DNA from: an uncultured Desulfobacterales bacterium
GTDB taxonomy: Bacteria > Desulfobacterota > Desulfobacteria > Desulfobacterales > C00003060
DNA length: 64,000 nucleotides
Assembly (NCBI GenBank): GCA_964430705.1
Contig: CAYSGJ010000231.1
Coordinates: 3,245 to 67,244, forward strand
Direction of reading: 5' to 3'
The notes beneath the pieces were generated by a model, which saw nothing but the letters and a program-made list of their open reading frames with translations, made no database searches and was not told the origin of the DNA. Positions within the stretch are counted from its first letter, which is position 1. Each line of letters opens with the position of its first letter. Positions 46,015-54,465 of this stretch are shown here, piece by piece. A program made the translations under genes and the position numbers.

Positions 46015-47235
46015 TCACTCCATAGGAATCAACCTCACAAACAGCGGCGTTTCACGCTCTTCACGCAATTGGAGCTGTGCTTCCCATTCATAATAGTTGG
46101 GCAAGTTGAGGCGCACTTCGTGTTTGCCTGCGGGTAGATCCAGGTCGATCGGAGATTTTCCTTTAAAAGCACCACCAACAAATACTTGCGCTCCAGGCGG
46201 AGAACTTTCAACCTTGAGCAGGCCCACGGCGCCGACAGGCGCCGTGTTTTTCTGCGCCACAGAACCGTCAACGGTTTCGCCGGATTGTTTGGAAGCTTGT
46301 TGCGGCTCAGGGGAAAAATAGTAAAAAGCCCCCCCCAACGCCGCAACAACAAGTGCAATGCTTAATACCCATCCGGTTCTACGGGATTTCTTTTCATCGG
46401 GCGCCGGCGGCATCACCATGGTCTTGTCTTTGACGATGCAAACCTTCAGGGCCTGGGACAACGCCTTGCCTGTTTGGAAACGTCTGTCAGGGTCCTTATC
46501 AAGGCTTTTCAGGATCAAAAGCGACAGGGCAGGTGACGTACCAGGATTTGCCGTTGCCGGGTCAACAGGATCATCTTGTGTGATCGCCCTGAATATGGCT
46601 GCAAGACTATCGCCTCCAAAAGGCCTTTTCCCCGCACAAAGCTCATACAGGATGACACCCAAGGAGTACAGATCAGAACGCCCGTCAACGGTTTTTCCCA
46701 TGACCTGCTCGGGAGACATATAGGCAGGTGTGCCGAGAATCTCTCCGGCCAGCGTCTGTTGAGGGGCTGTGGGGTCTTCAATGCGGGCGATGCCAAAGTC
46801 GGTGATTTTCACCTGGCCCGCGGATGTCACGATAATGTTGGTTGGTTTAATGTCTCTGTGGACAATGCCTTTCTGGTGCGCGTAGTCCACAGCCTCGGCC
46901 ATCTGAACGCCCAGGTCGACGATACCGTCGAGGCCCGGTTTTTCATTGGCGATGAGGTCATTCAAAGGACTGCCCTCCAGGTACTCCATGGCAATATAAA
47001 TGGTGTCATGGTCGTGTCCCACGTCGTACACCGTAACGATATTGGGATGGGATAATCTGCCGATGGCCTTGGCTTCCTTGAGAAAACGTTTTGCCAAATC
47101 TTCGCTGGTGACTCGGTCCGGACGCAACACTTTTAAAGCTACCATTCTGTCGATCTGCGGGTCATGGGCCTGGTACACCACTCCCATGGCGCCCCTGCCG
47201 ACTTCCTTTACGATCTCATAGCGGCCGAAATTCAT
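46015..47235 (-). CDS. Hanks-type Ser/Thr protein kinase with one TM and an extracytoplasmic PEGA-like domain (PpkA analogue)
   Basis: GRGAMGVVY, VALKVL, HRDIKPTNI, DFGIA and GTPAYMSPE kinase subdomains. TM segment GWVLSIALVVAALGGAFYYF. C-terminal LLKVESSPPGAQVFVGG..GKSPIDLDLPAGKHEVRL. The start region overlaps the protease stop. Confidence 0.9.
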   Translation of the reverse strand: MNFGRYEIVKEVGRGAMGVVYQAHDPQIDRMVALKVLRPDRVTSEDLAKRFLKEAKAIGRLSHPNIVTVYDVGHDHDTIYIAMEYLEGSPLNDLIANEKPGLDGIVDLGVQMAEAVDYAHQKGIVHRDIKPTNIIVTSAGQVKITDFGIARIEDPTAPQQTLAGEILGTPAYMSPEQVMGKTVDGRSDLYSLGVILYELCAGKRPFGGDSLAAIFRAITQDDPVDPATANPGTSPALSLLILKSLDKDPDRRFQTGKALSQALKVCIVKDKTMVMPPAPDEKKSRRTGWVLSIALVVAALGGAFYYFSPEPQQASKQSGETVDGSVAQKNTAPVGAVGLLKVESSPPGAQVFVGGAFKGKSPIDLDLPAGKHEVRLNLPNYYEWEAQLQLREERETPLFVRLIPME

Positions 47236-47240
47236 CACCC

Positions 47241-48197
47241 TCACATGTCTTTTGCGAATTCAACGATGGTCTCAAAAGGGATGAGAAAACCCACGGTATC
47301 CGTGCCCCGAAAGCGGCCTTTTACGACAGCCACCAGATTGCCTTCCACGTCAAAGACCGGACTGCCGCTGCTGCCCGGATGGATCTCCATGTTGACCTGC
47401 CACAGCGGCAGATCGTCCGCCTTTCTTGGTGGGCCATTGACGACGCCGGGGTATACGGTGCCCCTTAGATTAATCGGGCAGCCCACGGAATAAAGCCATT
47501 CGCCGATGCCCAGCAGGTTGCGTCCTTGGGCTACGGAGATGCAGGTAGCAAATGTTGTGTCAACATGAATAAAGGCCAAGTCGCGTCTGGGATCGGTTCT
47601 AATGATATTTCCCGTAAATTCACGACCGTCATAGAGAATTACGGTGATTTGCTCTAACCCCTTCAGGTCATGTGCTGTAGAGAGAATCAGTCCTTCTGTG
47701 TCGATAATAAAACCCGAAAACTGTATATTATTGTTTTCAAGTGTTGCTTTGAGACAAACGACGGATTCGAGTTTCGCGAGCACAGCGTTCGGGATAACCT
47801 GCCCAGGCTCTTCTCTTCTTCCGGCGTCCTCATGAGTTTCACCGTTTAAGTAGGCCTTGACGTGCTTGTTTAACGCTTCGTGTGGGGTCGTATCAGGTTT
47901 CCCGTTCTGTGTCCATGTGCTGTGAATTTGCGTGGCGAGGGGTGAACGTGGTTTGAGCAAAATTCGGGCTGTTTGATGTTCTTTTTGGGCTAACAACTCT
48001 TTTTCGCCGGTGTCAAAGCCTGTCCCGTCAATCCGAAAGCCACGTTGACCCAGCCAATCGGTGACGACTTTTTCCAGTTCGGCAATAGGCAAAGGATATT
48101 GTTGGACCCACGTGTCCGCATTGGCAACAGTCAAGGCACGCAAGCAGGAGAGAAATAACAACAGAAAGCAGAAACCCTTATTCATTGATCCGGCCAT
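47241..48197 (-). CDS. secreted trypsin-like (S1C/DegP-like, no PDZ) serine protease
   Basis: Signal peptide NKGFCFLLLFLSCLRALTVANA. Catalytic triad contexts STAHDL, RRDLAFI and HPGSSGSPVF. The start is ATG 48197, or ATG 48185. Confidence 0.8.
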   Translation of the reverse strand: MAGSMNKGFCFLLLFLSCLRALTVANADTWVQQYPLPIAELEKVVTDWLGQRGFRIDGTGFDTGEKELLAQKEHQTARILLKPRSPLATQIHSTWTQNGKPDTTPHEALNKHVKAYLNGETHEDAGRREEPGQVIPNAVLAKLESVVCLKATLENNNIQFSGFIIDTEGLILSTAHDLKGLEQITVILYDGREFTGNIIRTDPRRDLAFIHVDTTFATCISVAQGRNLLGIGEWLYSVGCPINLRGTVYPGVVNGPPRKADDLPLWQVNMEIHPGSSGSPVFDVEGNLVAVVKGRFRGTDTVGFLIPFETIVEFAKDM

Positions 48198-48402
48198 CAC
48201 TGTTCAGATTCGGGGGCCTATGCGACATTCAACCATCCGGTTTTTCCCAAAGGTATCAGCGAGCAACAGACGCTACAAAGAAGAGCGACAACCCGTTATA
48301 ATCTAGCACAGCATTGTCATTAGTGTAAAGCACTGAGTTCGCCCTGCTTGCAATCGGTATCATCATCAATCCGACTCAGATTTGGCGCTGAATTCAACAA
48401 AC

Positions 48403-48864
48403 TCAATGTTCCCGGATATCTTCAACAAGATCCGGCTGTGCGGCTGCCGTCACCGCGAGGCGGTCGCACCGCTCGTTTTGGGGGTGGTGATTGTGTCCGC
48501 GCACCCAGGTAAACGTGACCCTATGGGTGTTGATTAGCACCAGCAGTTTTTTCCACAAATCCACATTCAGGGCTTTTTCTTTTTTGTTGCGCATCCAGTC
48601 GTTTTTCTCCCACTTCAGAACCCACCCTTTTTCTATGGCGTCTACGATATAGCGCGAATCGGTTACGACCGTCACATCGCAAGGCTCCGTGAGTTCGGAA
48701 AGACCGGCAATGACCGCCATTAATTCCATACGGTTGTTTGTGGTATCGGCGAAGCCGGCGGAGAGTTCTTTGGTTTGTTTGTCATATTCAAGAATAACCC
48801 CGTAACCTCCGGGGCCCGGATTGCCCGAGCAAGCACCGTCTGTATAGATAGTTACTTTTTTCAT
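48403..48864 (-). CDS. rnhA: ribonuclease HI
   Basis: ATG 48864 (MKKVTIYTDGACSGNPGPGGYG..TTNNRMEL..VVTDSRY..W..VRGH..NERCDRLA). The ORF-track 5' extension is not coding-like. Confidence 0.9.
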   Translation of the reverse strand: MKKVTIYTDGACSGNPGPGGYGVILEYDKQTKELSAGFADTTNNRMELMAVIAGLSELTEPCDVTVVTDSRYIVDAIEKGWVLKWEKNDWMRNKKEKALNVDLWKKLLVLINTHRVTFTWVRGHNHHPQNERCDRLAVTAAAQPDLVEDIREH

Positions 48865-49118
48865 GAAAAGCATCTTTTTCAATAAAGGCGCAAACGTCAA
48901 GACAAAAACAAAACGCGGGGCCAGGCAAATCGTTGAAAAGGATTGGAGGAAAAGCAAAGAGACGGGGAAAACCGCCCCGCCCTTTGGAACAAAACGCCCC
49001 GCACGACAGCTTTTCATCCCGTGCGTCTGTTGTCCGCCAAGGTGTGTGCAATCCATTTTTTTGCGTGAAAACAATTAGCTATAGACTTAAGCGTGGGATT
49101 TGTCCGACCTTTGTAAAA

Positions 49119-49134
49119 TGGCACAAAGATTGCC
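49119..49134 (+). promoter_or_regulatory. sigma-54 (-24/-12) promoter upstream of acs
   Basis: TGGCACAAAGATTGCC has both TGGCAC and TTGC exact and in consensus spacing, about 170 nt upstream of the acs ATG. Confidence 0.5.
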
Positions 49135-49301
49135 AAATAAAAAAATTGCACAGCCCAACAGCACATTGCCGATAAGCACACGGTTTTCTTGCTGATCTTG
49201 ATTGTCGGCTTTAAGGGTGGCAAGAACCGTGTCGCTGCGACAAAACTGTATGCCCAAACTCAAAATCCAAAGGCGGACAATAGAGAGGAAGGAGGAGATG
49301 T

Positions 49302-51254
49302 ATGGACACAAAAGAAAAAAAAGCGAACACGGGGAGCAAAGTCTCGGAACATGAAACCACCGAGTCTTTGTTGGAAGAAGGGCGGGTATTCCGGCCGCTG
49401 CCCCAACTGGTCGTAGATGCCAACTTGAACCCCAACGATTATGAAGAAGCCGTTAAAAAGGGGCGATACGATCTAGAGGGCTTCTGGGAAGACGCTGCCA
49501 AGGATCTGCACTGGTTTAAAAAATGGGACAAGGTGCTGGATCGTTCAGATGCGCCTTTTTTCAAGTGGTTTGTCGGAGGCAAGATTAACATTGCCTACAA
49601 TGCCTTGGATCGTCACATCAGCAGCCACCGAAAAAACAAAGTGGCCATCATTCATGAAAAAGAAGACGGTTCCCGGGAACGGATGACCTATTTTGACCTG
49701 TATCGCGACGCCAACAAATTTGCCAATGTGCTCAAATCACTTGGCATAGTGAAAGGAGACCGGGTTGCGATCTACCTTCCCAACATTCCGGATATCGCCA
49801 TTGTCATGTTGGGCTGTGCCAAGGTCGGCGCCGTTCACAGTGTGGTGTACGGCGGTTTCAGTGCTACGGCCCTTCGGGAGCGTATCAACCATGCCGAGGC
49901 CAGGCTGGTGATAACCGTGGACGGGTTTCAAAGAAACGGCAAGATCATCAAACTTAAAGAGGTGGTGGATGAGGCCATGACCAGCTGTCCCACTGTGGAA
50001 AATGTTGTGGTTGTAAAAAGGGCCGGTGTCGATATCGACATGACTGACGGCCGCTACCTGTGGCTTCATGACCTGATGGATGGAGAGTCCACCGAGTTCA
50101 ATACCGTCGAGTTGGACGCGACAGATCCATTATATATTCTTTACACTTCGGGCACAACCGGCAAACCCAAGGGGGTGGTTCACTGCCATGGCGGTTATGC
50201 CGTGGGCATCAACCGAACCCTTAAATGGGTCTTTGATATTAAGGAGACGGACATTTTCTGGTGTGCTGCGGATCCGGGCTGGGTAACGGGCCACAGCTAT
50301 ATTATCTATGGGCCGCTTTGCGCAGGCACGACCACGGTCATGTACGAAGGCCATCCGATGTACCCGGGACCCGATCGGCTGTGGCAGATCATTGCAAAAT
50401 ACGGCGTCAATATTTTTTACACGGCGCCCACGACCATCCGAATGCTCATGCGGTTCGGATCCCAGCATCCCAAGAAACACGATCTTTCCACATTGAGGAT
50501 TCTGGGTACGGTAGGGGAACCCATCAATCCCGAGGCGTGGGTATGGTATTACGACCACATCGGCAAACAGAACTGCCCCATCATGGATACGTGGTGGCAG
50601 ACGGAAACCGGCATGTTTATGGTCTGTCCGACACCGTGTAATGTTCTCAAGCCGGGCTCGGCTTTTAAGCCTTTTCCCGGCGTGCACGTGGACGTTGTGG
50701 ATGCCCATGGAGAGCCTGTAGAGGCAGGCAAGGGAGGCCACGTGGTTGTCAAGGAGCCATGGCCCGCCATGCTTCAGGGGCTGTATAAGGATTCGGACAA
50801 ATACAAAGAGGTTTATTGGTCTAAGATTCCCGGCATGTATCTGGCCGGCGACATTGCCACCAAGGATGAAGACGGGTATTTTCGTTTCCAGGGTCGTTCC
50901 GATGATGTGCTCAGCACGGCTGGTCACCGTATCGGCACGGCTGAAATAGAAAGTGCGCTCGTAAGTCACAAATTCGTGGCGGAAGCTGCCTGCATCGGCG
51001 TGCCCGACAAGATTAAGGGCGAGGTTGCCAAGCTGTTTGTAACCTTGAAAGAAGGGGTGGAAGAAGACGAGGCCACCTTGGTAAACGCCCTCAAGGCCCA
51101 CGTTCGAAAAGAGCTGGGGCCCATTGTCGTGATCCGGGACTTTGAATTTACCGACAAACTTCCCAAAACCCGAAGCGGCAAGATCATGCGCCGGGTGCTC
51201 AAAGCACGGGAACTGGGATTGAAGGAGGGCGACTTGTCCACTCTTGACGACTAG
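49302..51254 (+). CDS. acs: acetyl-CoA synthetase (AMP-forming acetate-CoA ligase)
   Basis: 650 aa. YTSGTTGKPKGV AMP-binding motif, WW.TETG, and RSDDV...GHRIGTAEIE with C-terminal PKTRSGKIMRR, all typical of Acs. Confidence 0.9.
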   Translation: MDTKEKKANTGSKVSEHETTESLLEEGRVFRPLPQLVVDANLNPNDYEEAVKKGRYDLEGFWEDAAKDLHWFKKWDKVLDRSDAPFFKWFVGGKINIAYNALDRHISSHRKNKVAIIHEKEDGSRERMTYFDLYRDANKFANVLKSLGIVKGDRVAIYLPNIPDIAIVMLGCAKVGAVHSVVYGGFSATALRERINHAEARLVITVDGFQRNGKIIKLKEVVDEAMTSCPTVENVVVVKRAGVDIDMTDGRYLWLHDLMDGESTEFNTVELDATDPLYILYTSGTTGKPKGVVHCHGGYAVGINRTLKWVFDIKETDIFWCAADPGWVTGHSYIIYGPLCAGTTTVMYEGHPMYPGPDRLWQIIAKYGVNIFYTAPTTIRMLMRFGSQHPKKHDLSTLRILGTVGEPINPEAWVWYYDHIGKQNCPIMDTWWQTETGMFMVCPTPCNVLKPGSAFKPFPGVHVDVVDAHGEPVEAGKGGHVVVKEPWPAMLQGLYKDSDKYKEVYWSKIPGMYLAGDIATKDEDGYFRFQGRSDDVLSTAGHRIGTAEIESALVSHKFVAEAACIGVPDKIKGEVAKLFVTLKEGVEEDEATLVNALKAHVRKELGPIVVIRDFEFTDKLPKTRSGKIMRRVLKARELGLKEGDLSTLDD

Positions 51255-51357
51255 TTTTTTTCTGTGGGGTTCTAGAGAACGTCGTCCCGGCAAAAACGGA
51301 TAAAGAACTCCGGCCCCGGGGTGAACAACGTTGAATCATCTTGTATAGGATGGTATG

Positions 51358-51389
51358 GTCCGCCCATCACTATTCGGTGATGGGCGGAC
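51358..51389. other. perfect 13-bp stem-loop
   Basis: GTCCGCCCATCAC tattcg GTGATGGGCGGAC, about 100 nt after acs. It is followed by AAAAA rather than a U-tract, so it is not a canonical terminator on either strand. Confidence 0.5.
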
Positions 51390-51440
51390 AAAAATGACTT
51401 TTTCGACCCCGCGCCTGGGTGGTGAACAGGTTTTTTTTCT

Positions 51441-51723
51441 GGTTCATCCGGTTAAAGCATACTTGAGGGACAGCCGTGTGTGTCAACAGCCGGCTATTTT
51501 GGTATCAACAGGCAAAAACTCGCTCATAAGTGCGCGTAGGGGCGAACCTGATCCAAGCCGGTAAAATCAAAGGACTGACAAGAACGACCCGTTTACCCTG
51601 TTGCCCCACGCATGGATTGGGCCCGCCCCAACGCGCTCTAATTTGCTCAGACAGTTTGCCGGTTGACACCAAAACACCCGACTTCGTGGAAGATTGAAGG
51701 AGTACGCTTTAACCGGATGAACC
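51441..51723. repeat. 283-bp imperfect palindromic element (MITE-like or structured RNA)
   Basis: The termini GGTTCATCCGGTTAAAGC[A/G]TACT (51441-51463) and their reverse complement (51701-51723) match at 22 of 23 positions. Inverted similarity continues inward (TTTTGGT[A/G]TCAAC.GGCAAA, GCGCGT.GGGGCG) to about 51554 and 51614, leaving a ~59-nt centre. No ORF. Confidence 0.55.
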
Positions 51724-51837
51724 TTTTATCGCAACTTGCAGTTGTTTAGAATAAGGTCAAGTTTTTTTATTCTACGAACCAGCAGGATAATCCTGCTATG
51801 GCCGGTGTTTTCCGACGAAATCGGCATATAATTCGAA

Positions 51838-51904
51838 GTATGCTGAATTGGGCTTTGTCCAGAAAAATTGCAGACCGAACCCAATTGAGCCCAACTCAGC
51901 ATAC
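51838..51904 (-). terminator. long stem-loop downstream of yoeB (possible terminator)
   Basis: GTATGCTGAATTGGGC (51838-51853) pairs with GCCCAACTCAGCATAC (51889-51904) at 15 of 16 positions. It starts 31 nt after the yoeB stop on the minus strand. The trailing sequence is only moderately U-rich. Confidence 0.3.
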
Positions 51905-51934
51905 AATCTTTACCGTTGGGGCTACCAGAATGGA

Positions 51935-52189
51935 TTAGTAGTGGTATCTCAGTTGAGCGATATGAATTGCATCTTCGGAAACTTTATAGATAAATCTGTG
52001 CTCGTCTGTTATTCGCCTGGACCAGTAGCCAGAAAGAGCATGTTTTAAGGCCTCAGGTTTGCCAACGCCCTCAAAAGGATTACGCATAGTTTCCTTAATG
52101 AGGGTATTGATACGTCGAAGAATTTTTTTATCAGTTTGTTGCCAATAGATGTAATCGTCCCAGGCATGATCAGAAAAAATGAGCTTCAC
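51935..52189 (-). CDS. yoeB: YoeB/Txe-family type II toxin (mRNA interferase)
   Basis: 84 aa. KLIFSDHAWDDYIYWQQTDKKILRRINTLIKE..RNPFEGVGKPEALKHALSGYWSRRI..EHRFIY is near-canonical YoeB. GTG start overlaps the yefM stop (GTGA). Confidence 0.9.
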   Translation of the reverse strand: MKLIFSDHAWDDYIYWQQTDKKILRRINTLIKETMRNPFEGVGKPEALKHALSGYWSRRITDEHRFIYKVSEDAIHIAQLRYHY

Positions 52190-52437
52190 TCTACCAGCTC
52201 CTTTTCAACCCCGGTGCCATTTTCAAGTTGGGCGATTGACTCAATCAGCCGTCTCATGTTTTTCGGGGACCGTAAGAGGTAGGCTGTCTCTTCAAGGGCT
52301 TCAAAGTCCTCAAGGGACATAATAACAACAGAATTCGATGATTTTCGGGTCACAATCACCGGAGTACGGTCACTACAAACTTTATCCATTGTTTTCGCAA
52401 GGTTTTGCCTTGCTGTTGTATAGGTGATAGCTTCCAT
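52186..52437 (-). CDS. yefM: YefM antitoxin
   Basis: ATG 52437 with AGGAGG 9 nt upstream. MEAITYTTARQNLAKTMDKVCSDRTPVIVTRK..VVIMSLEDFEALEETAYLLRSP is canonical YefM. Confidence 0.9.
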   Translation of the reverse strand: MEAITYTTARQNLAKTMDKVCSDRTPVIVTRKSSNSVVIMSLEDFEALEETAYLLRSPKNMRRLIESIAQLENGTGVEKELVE

Positions 52438-52641
52438 TTCTTTGTACCTCCTGTACGGAATATTGTACATGTTGATGCCGGATTGTCAAGCTGATTTTCT
52501 TGCCCCAACATGAAAATTCACCGGACCCAAAAAGCCGGGCCGGTGATTTAGGACGTTGGCGTACCCACGGCATTCGGAAACAATCTCTTGATTTATATGG
52601 CATTTAGCAATACATTCAAAGATACAATAGGAGGTACGCTT

Positions 52642-52923
52642 ATGGGTAAGCTATTAAATATCATTCCAGTGAGCGATTTAAGGCAGGATGCCGCTAAGAT
52701 TTTGAAAAATTTACGAAACAATAAAAAACCTTTCATTATTACACAAAGGGGACGGGCAGCTGCGGTAATGATCGATGTACAGGCGTATGAAAAATCTGAG
52801 CATGAAAAAGAGATCTTGCGTCTTTTAGCCAAAGGAGAGAAGGAAATAGAAATAGGTGACGGATATGATTTGGATTCGGTTTTTTCTGAAGCCGCCCTGC
52901 TTCTAACCAAGGATCCCTCATGA
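52642..52923 (+). CDS. Phd/YefM-family antitoxin
   Basis: ATG 52642 after AGGAGG. IIPVSDLRQDAAKILKNLRNNKKPFIITQRGRAAAVMIDVQAYE. The stop overlaps the downstream toxin start (ATGA). Confidence 0.75.
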   Translation: MGKLLNIIPVSDLRQDAAKILKNLRNNKKPFIITQRGRAAAVMIDVQAYEKSEHEKEILRLLAKGEKEIEIGDGYDLDSVFSEAALLLTKDPS

Positions 52924-53210
52924 AGGTACGCTTTACCCCTTCAGCCCGAACGCAGTTTCTTTCCGCCCTTTCATATATTCGACACGATAAACCATCGGCG
53001 GCAACCCGTTTTCGAGATTGAGCCGAAAAAACGCTGCAAAGGCTTGAGGATTTACCTGAATCAGGAAGAATCATACCAGAGTTTCCAGAACTTCCATACC
53101 GAGAGGTGAACATATCCCCGTATCGGTTTTTTTATAGAATCAAAAAAGATGTAGTTTGGATCGTTGCGGTTTGGCATGGCGCCCGGCTTCCAAAGGAGCC
53201 GGCGAGATGA
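52920..53210 (+). pseudogene. ParE/RelE-family toxin interrupted by an in-frame TGA
   Basis: The translation reads MKVRFTPSARTQFLSALSYIRHDKPSAATRFRD, then a stop, then AEKTLQRLEDLPESGRIIPEFPELPYREVNISPYRFFYRIKKDVVWIVAVWHGARL in the same frame. The TGA at 53019-53021 falls where an Arg (CGA) would fit the family pattern. Confidence 0.7.
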
Positions 53211-53343
53211 CCGCCAACCAACGCATTCATGCGGACACCAAACGCAATCGGCCCTGTTTTTCAAGCCGAAGCAGTTGTTTCCGGTGCCTTTGCCAAGTGC
53301 TTGTTTGCGCTTGGTGCCGGCGATGCGTGTGTGAGGATAAGAG

Positions 53344-53541
53344 ATGATAAAAATAGAAGAAAACTACCAACGTATTATTGATGATAGGCGTCTATTCGAC
53401 ATTCGATTCTGGCAATCACAAGGAGATCTTGCTATTTTTGAGGCAGTAACGGAAATGTTAAACGACTATTTTTTGTTACGAGGGAAAAATGCTGACGAGT
53501 CCAGACTTCAAAGATCTATTGAAAATTTTCAAAAGGCATAA
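53344..53541 (+). CDS. hypothetical 65-aa protein (doubtful)
   Basis: The ORF overlaps the next gene by 53 nt in another frame. No motif. Confidence 0.25.
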   Translation: MIKIEENYQRIIDDRRLFDIRFWQSQGDLAIFEAVTEMLNDYFLLRGKNADESRLQRSIENFQKA

Positions 53542-53812
53542 AATTCGATATCTTATTGTAGGTGGCTATGCGGTAATGAAATATAGTGAACCTCGATTTA
53601 CAAAAGATCTCGATGTGTTTATAGCGTCTGACCGAGAAAATGCTAAAAATGTTTTTTCGGCATTGAAAGAGTTTGGTGCACCCATGGAAAATCTTACTCC
53701 TGATGATTTTGCTCATGAGCATCTCCGAGACAATTTGCCTTATTGGAAGCAGGAGGACACCGATATTGTCATAGCAGGAAAGGCAATTAAAGACACAAAC
53801 GATCTTTTATGA
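53489..53812 (+). CDS. nucleotidyltransferase-fold protein (possibly truncated)
   Basis: FKDLLKIFKRHKIRYLIVGGYAVMKYSEPRFTKDLDVFI is the minimal NTase motif (GG..(n)..D.D). The C-terminal half looks shorter than I would expect for this family. Confidence 0.5.
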   Translation: MLTSPDFKDLLKIFKRHKIRYLIVGGYAVMKYSEPRFTKDLDVFIASDRENAKNVFSALKEFGAPMENLTPDDFAHEHLRDNLPYWKQEDTDIVIAGKAIKDTNDLL

Positions 53813-53876
53813 TGGAGGGTGGAAAGTTGAACGATAGAAAACACGTTGTTTAAACATGAAATAATAGGAGAATGAA

Positions 53877-54095
53877 ATGAAGGCAGAATTTACAGCAATT
53901 ATTGAAGCAGCACCCGAGGGAGGCTTTTGGGCTATCTGCCCGGAGGTGCCTGGCGCCAATGGACAGGGCGATACGATTGAGGAAGCTAAGGCCAGTCTTC
54001 GACAGGCTATTGAGTTGATCTTGGAGGATCGCAAGGCTGACATTCTTCGGGGGCTACCGGAAGACGCTATTCAAGACACGGTGATGATTGGATGA
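53877..54095 (+). CDS. hicB: HicB-family antitoxin
   Basis: 72 aa. FTAIIEAAPEGGFWAICPEVPGANGQGDTIEEAKASLRQAIEL is the UPF0150/HicB N-domain pattern. Confidence 0.75.
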   Translation: MKAEFTAIIEAAPEGGFWAICPEVPGANGQGDTIEEAKASLRQAIELILEDRKADILRGLPEDAIQDTVMIG

Positions 54096-54271
54096 AACGA
54101 CGAGAGTTGGAGCGAAGGTTAAGGATCGCGGGTTGCTATTTGAAACGGGAAGGAGCCTCCCATTCACTTTGGATTAATCCGAAGAACGGGGCGATAGAAA
54201 CTGTCCCCCGGCACTCCGAGATCAAAGAACCATTGGCAAAGAAGATTTTGAAGAATCTCAATGCAGATTGA
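54092..54271 (+). CDS. hicA: HicA-family toxin (59 aa, below the ORF-track cutoff)
   Basis: Hand-translated as MKRRELERRLRIAGCYLKREGASHSLWINPKNGAIETVPRHSEIKEPLAKKILKNLNAD. The ATG overlaps the hicB stop (ATGA). Confidence 0.8.
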   Translation: MKRRELERRLRIAGCYLKREGASHSLWINPKNGAIETVPRHSEIKEPLAKKILKNLNAD

Positions 54272-54465
54272 TTGATGACCGAACAAGCGGTTTCACAAAG
54301 GACCGCTCCTACCTCGCGGCTTGTGAACCGCAGCGCCGTTCGCACCGGGACGTCGACATGGATTTTCTTTCCGCGTTCGAGCGAATCGTAGTGGCGAGTG
54401 ATTTGCTCAAGATCGTTGAGAGAGCCGGCGACATGGCCCAGAAGAAACGTTAAAAGGAGATTGTC

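Noticed and set aside
50130-51293. 387-aa minus-strand ORF
   Set aside because: It is antisense to acs, which has clear AMP-binding motifs. No start context and junk-like composition.
53019-53021. In-frame TGA in parE as a possible selenocysteine codon
   Set aside because: The position corresponds to a variable or Arg position of a toxin family with no known selenoproteins. I see no SECIS-like hairpin immediately downstream. A nonsense mutation or sequencing error is the simpler explanation.
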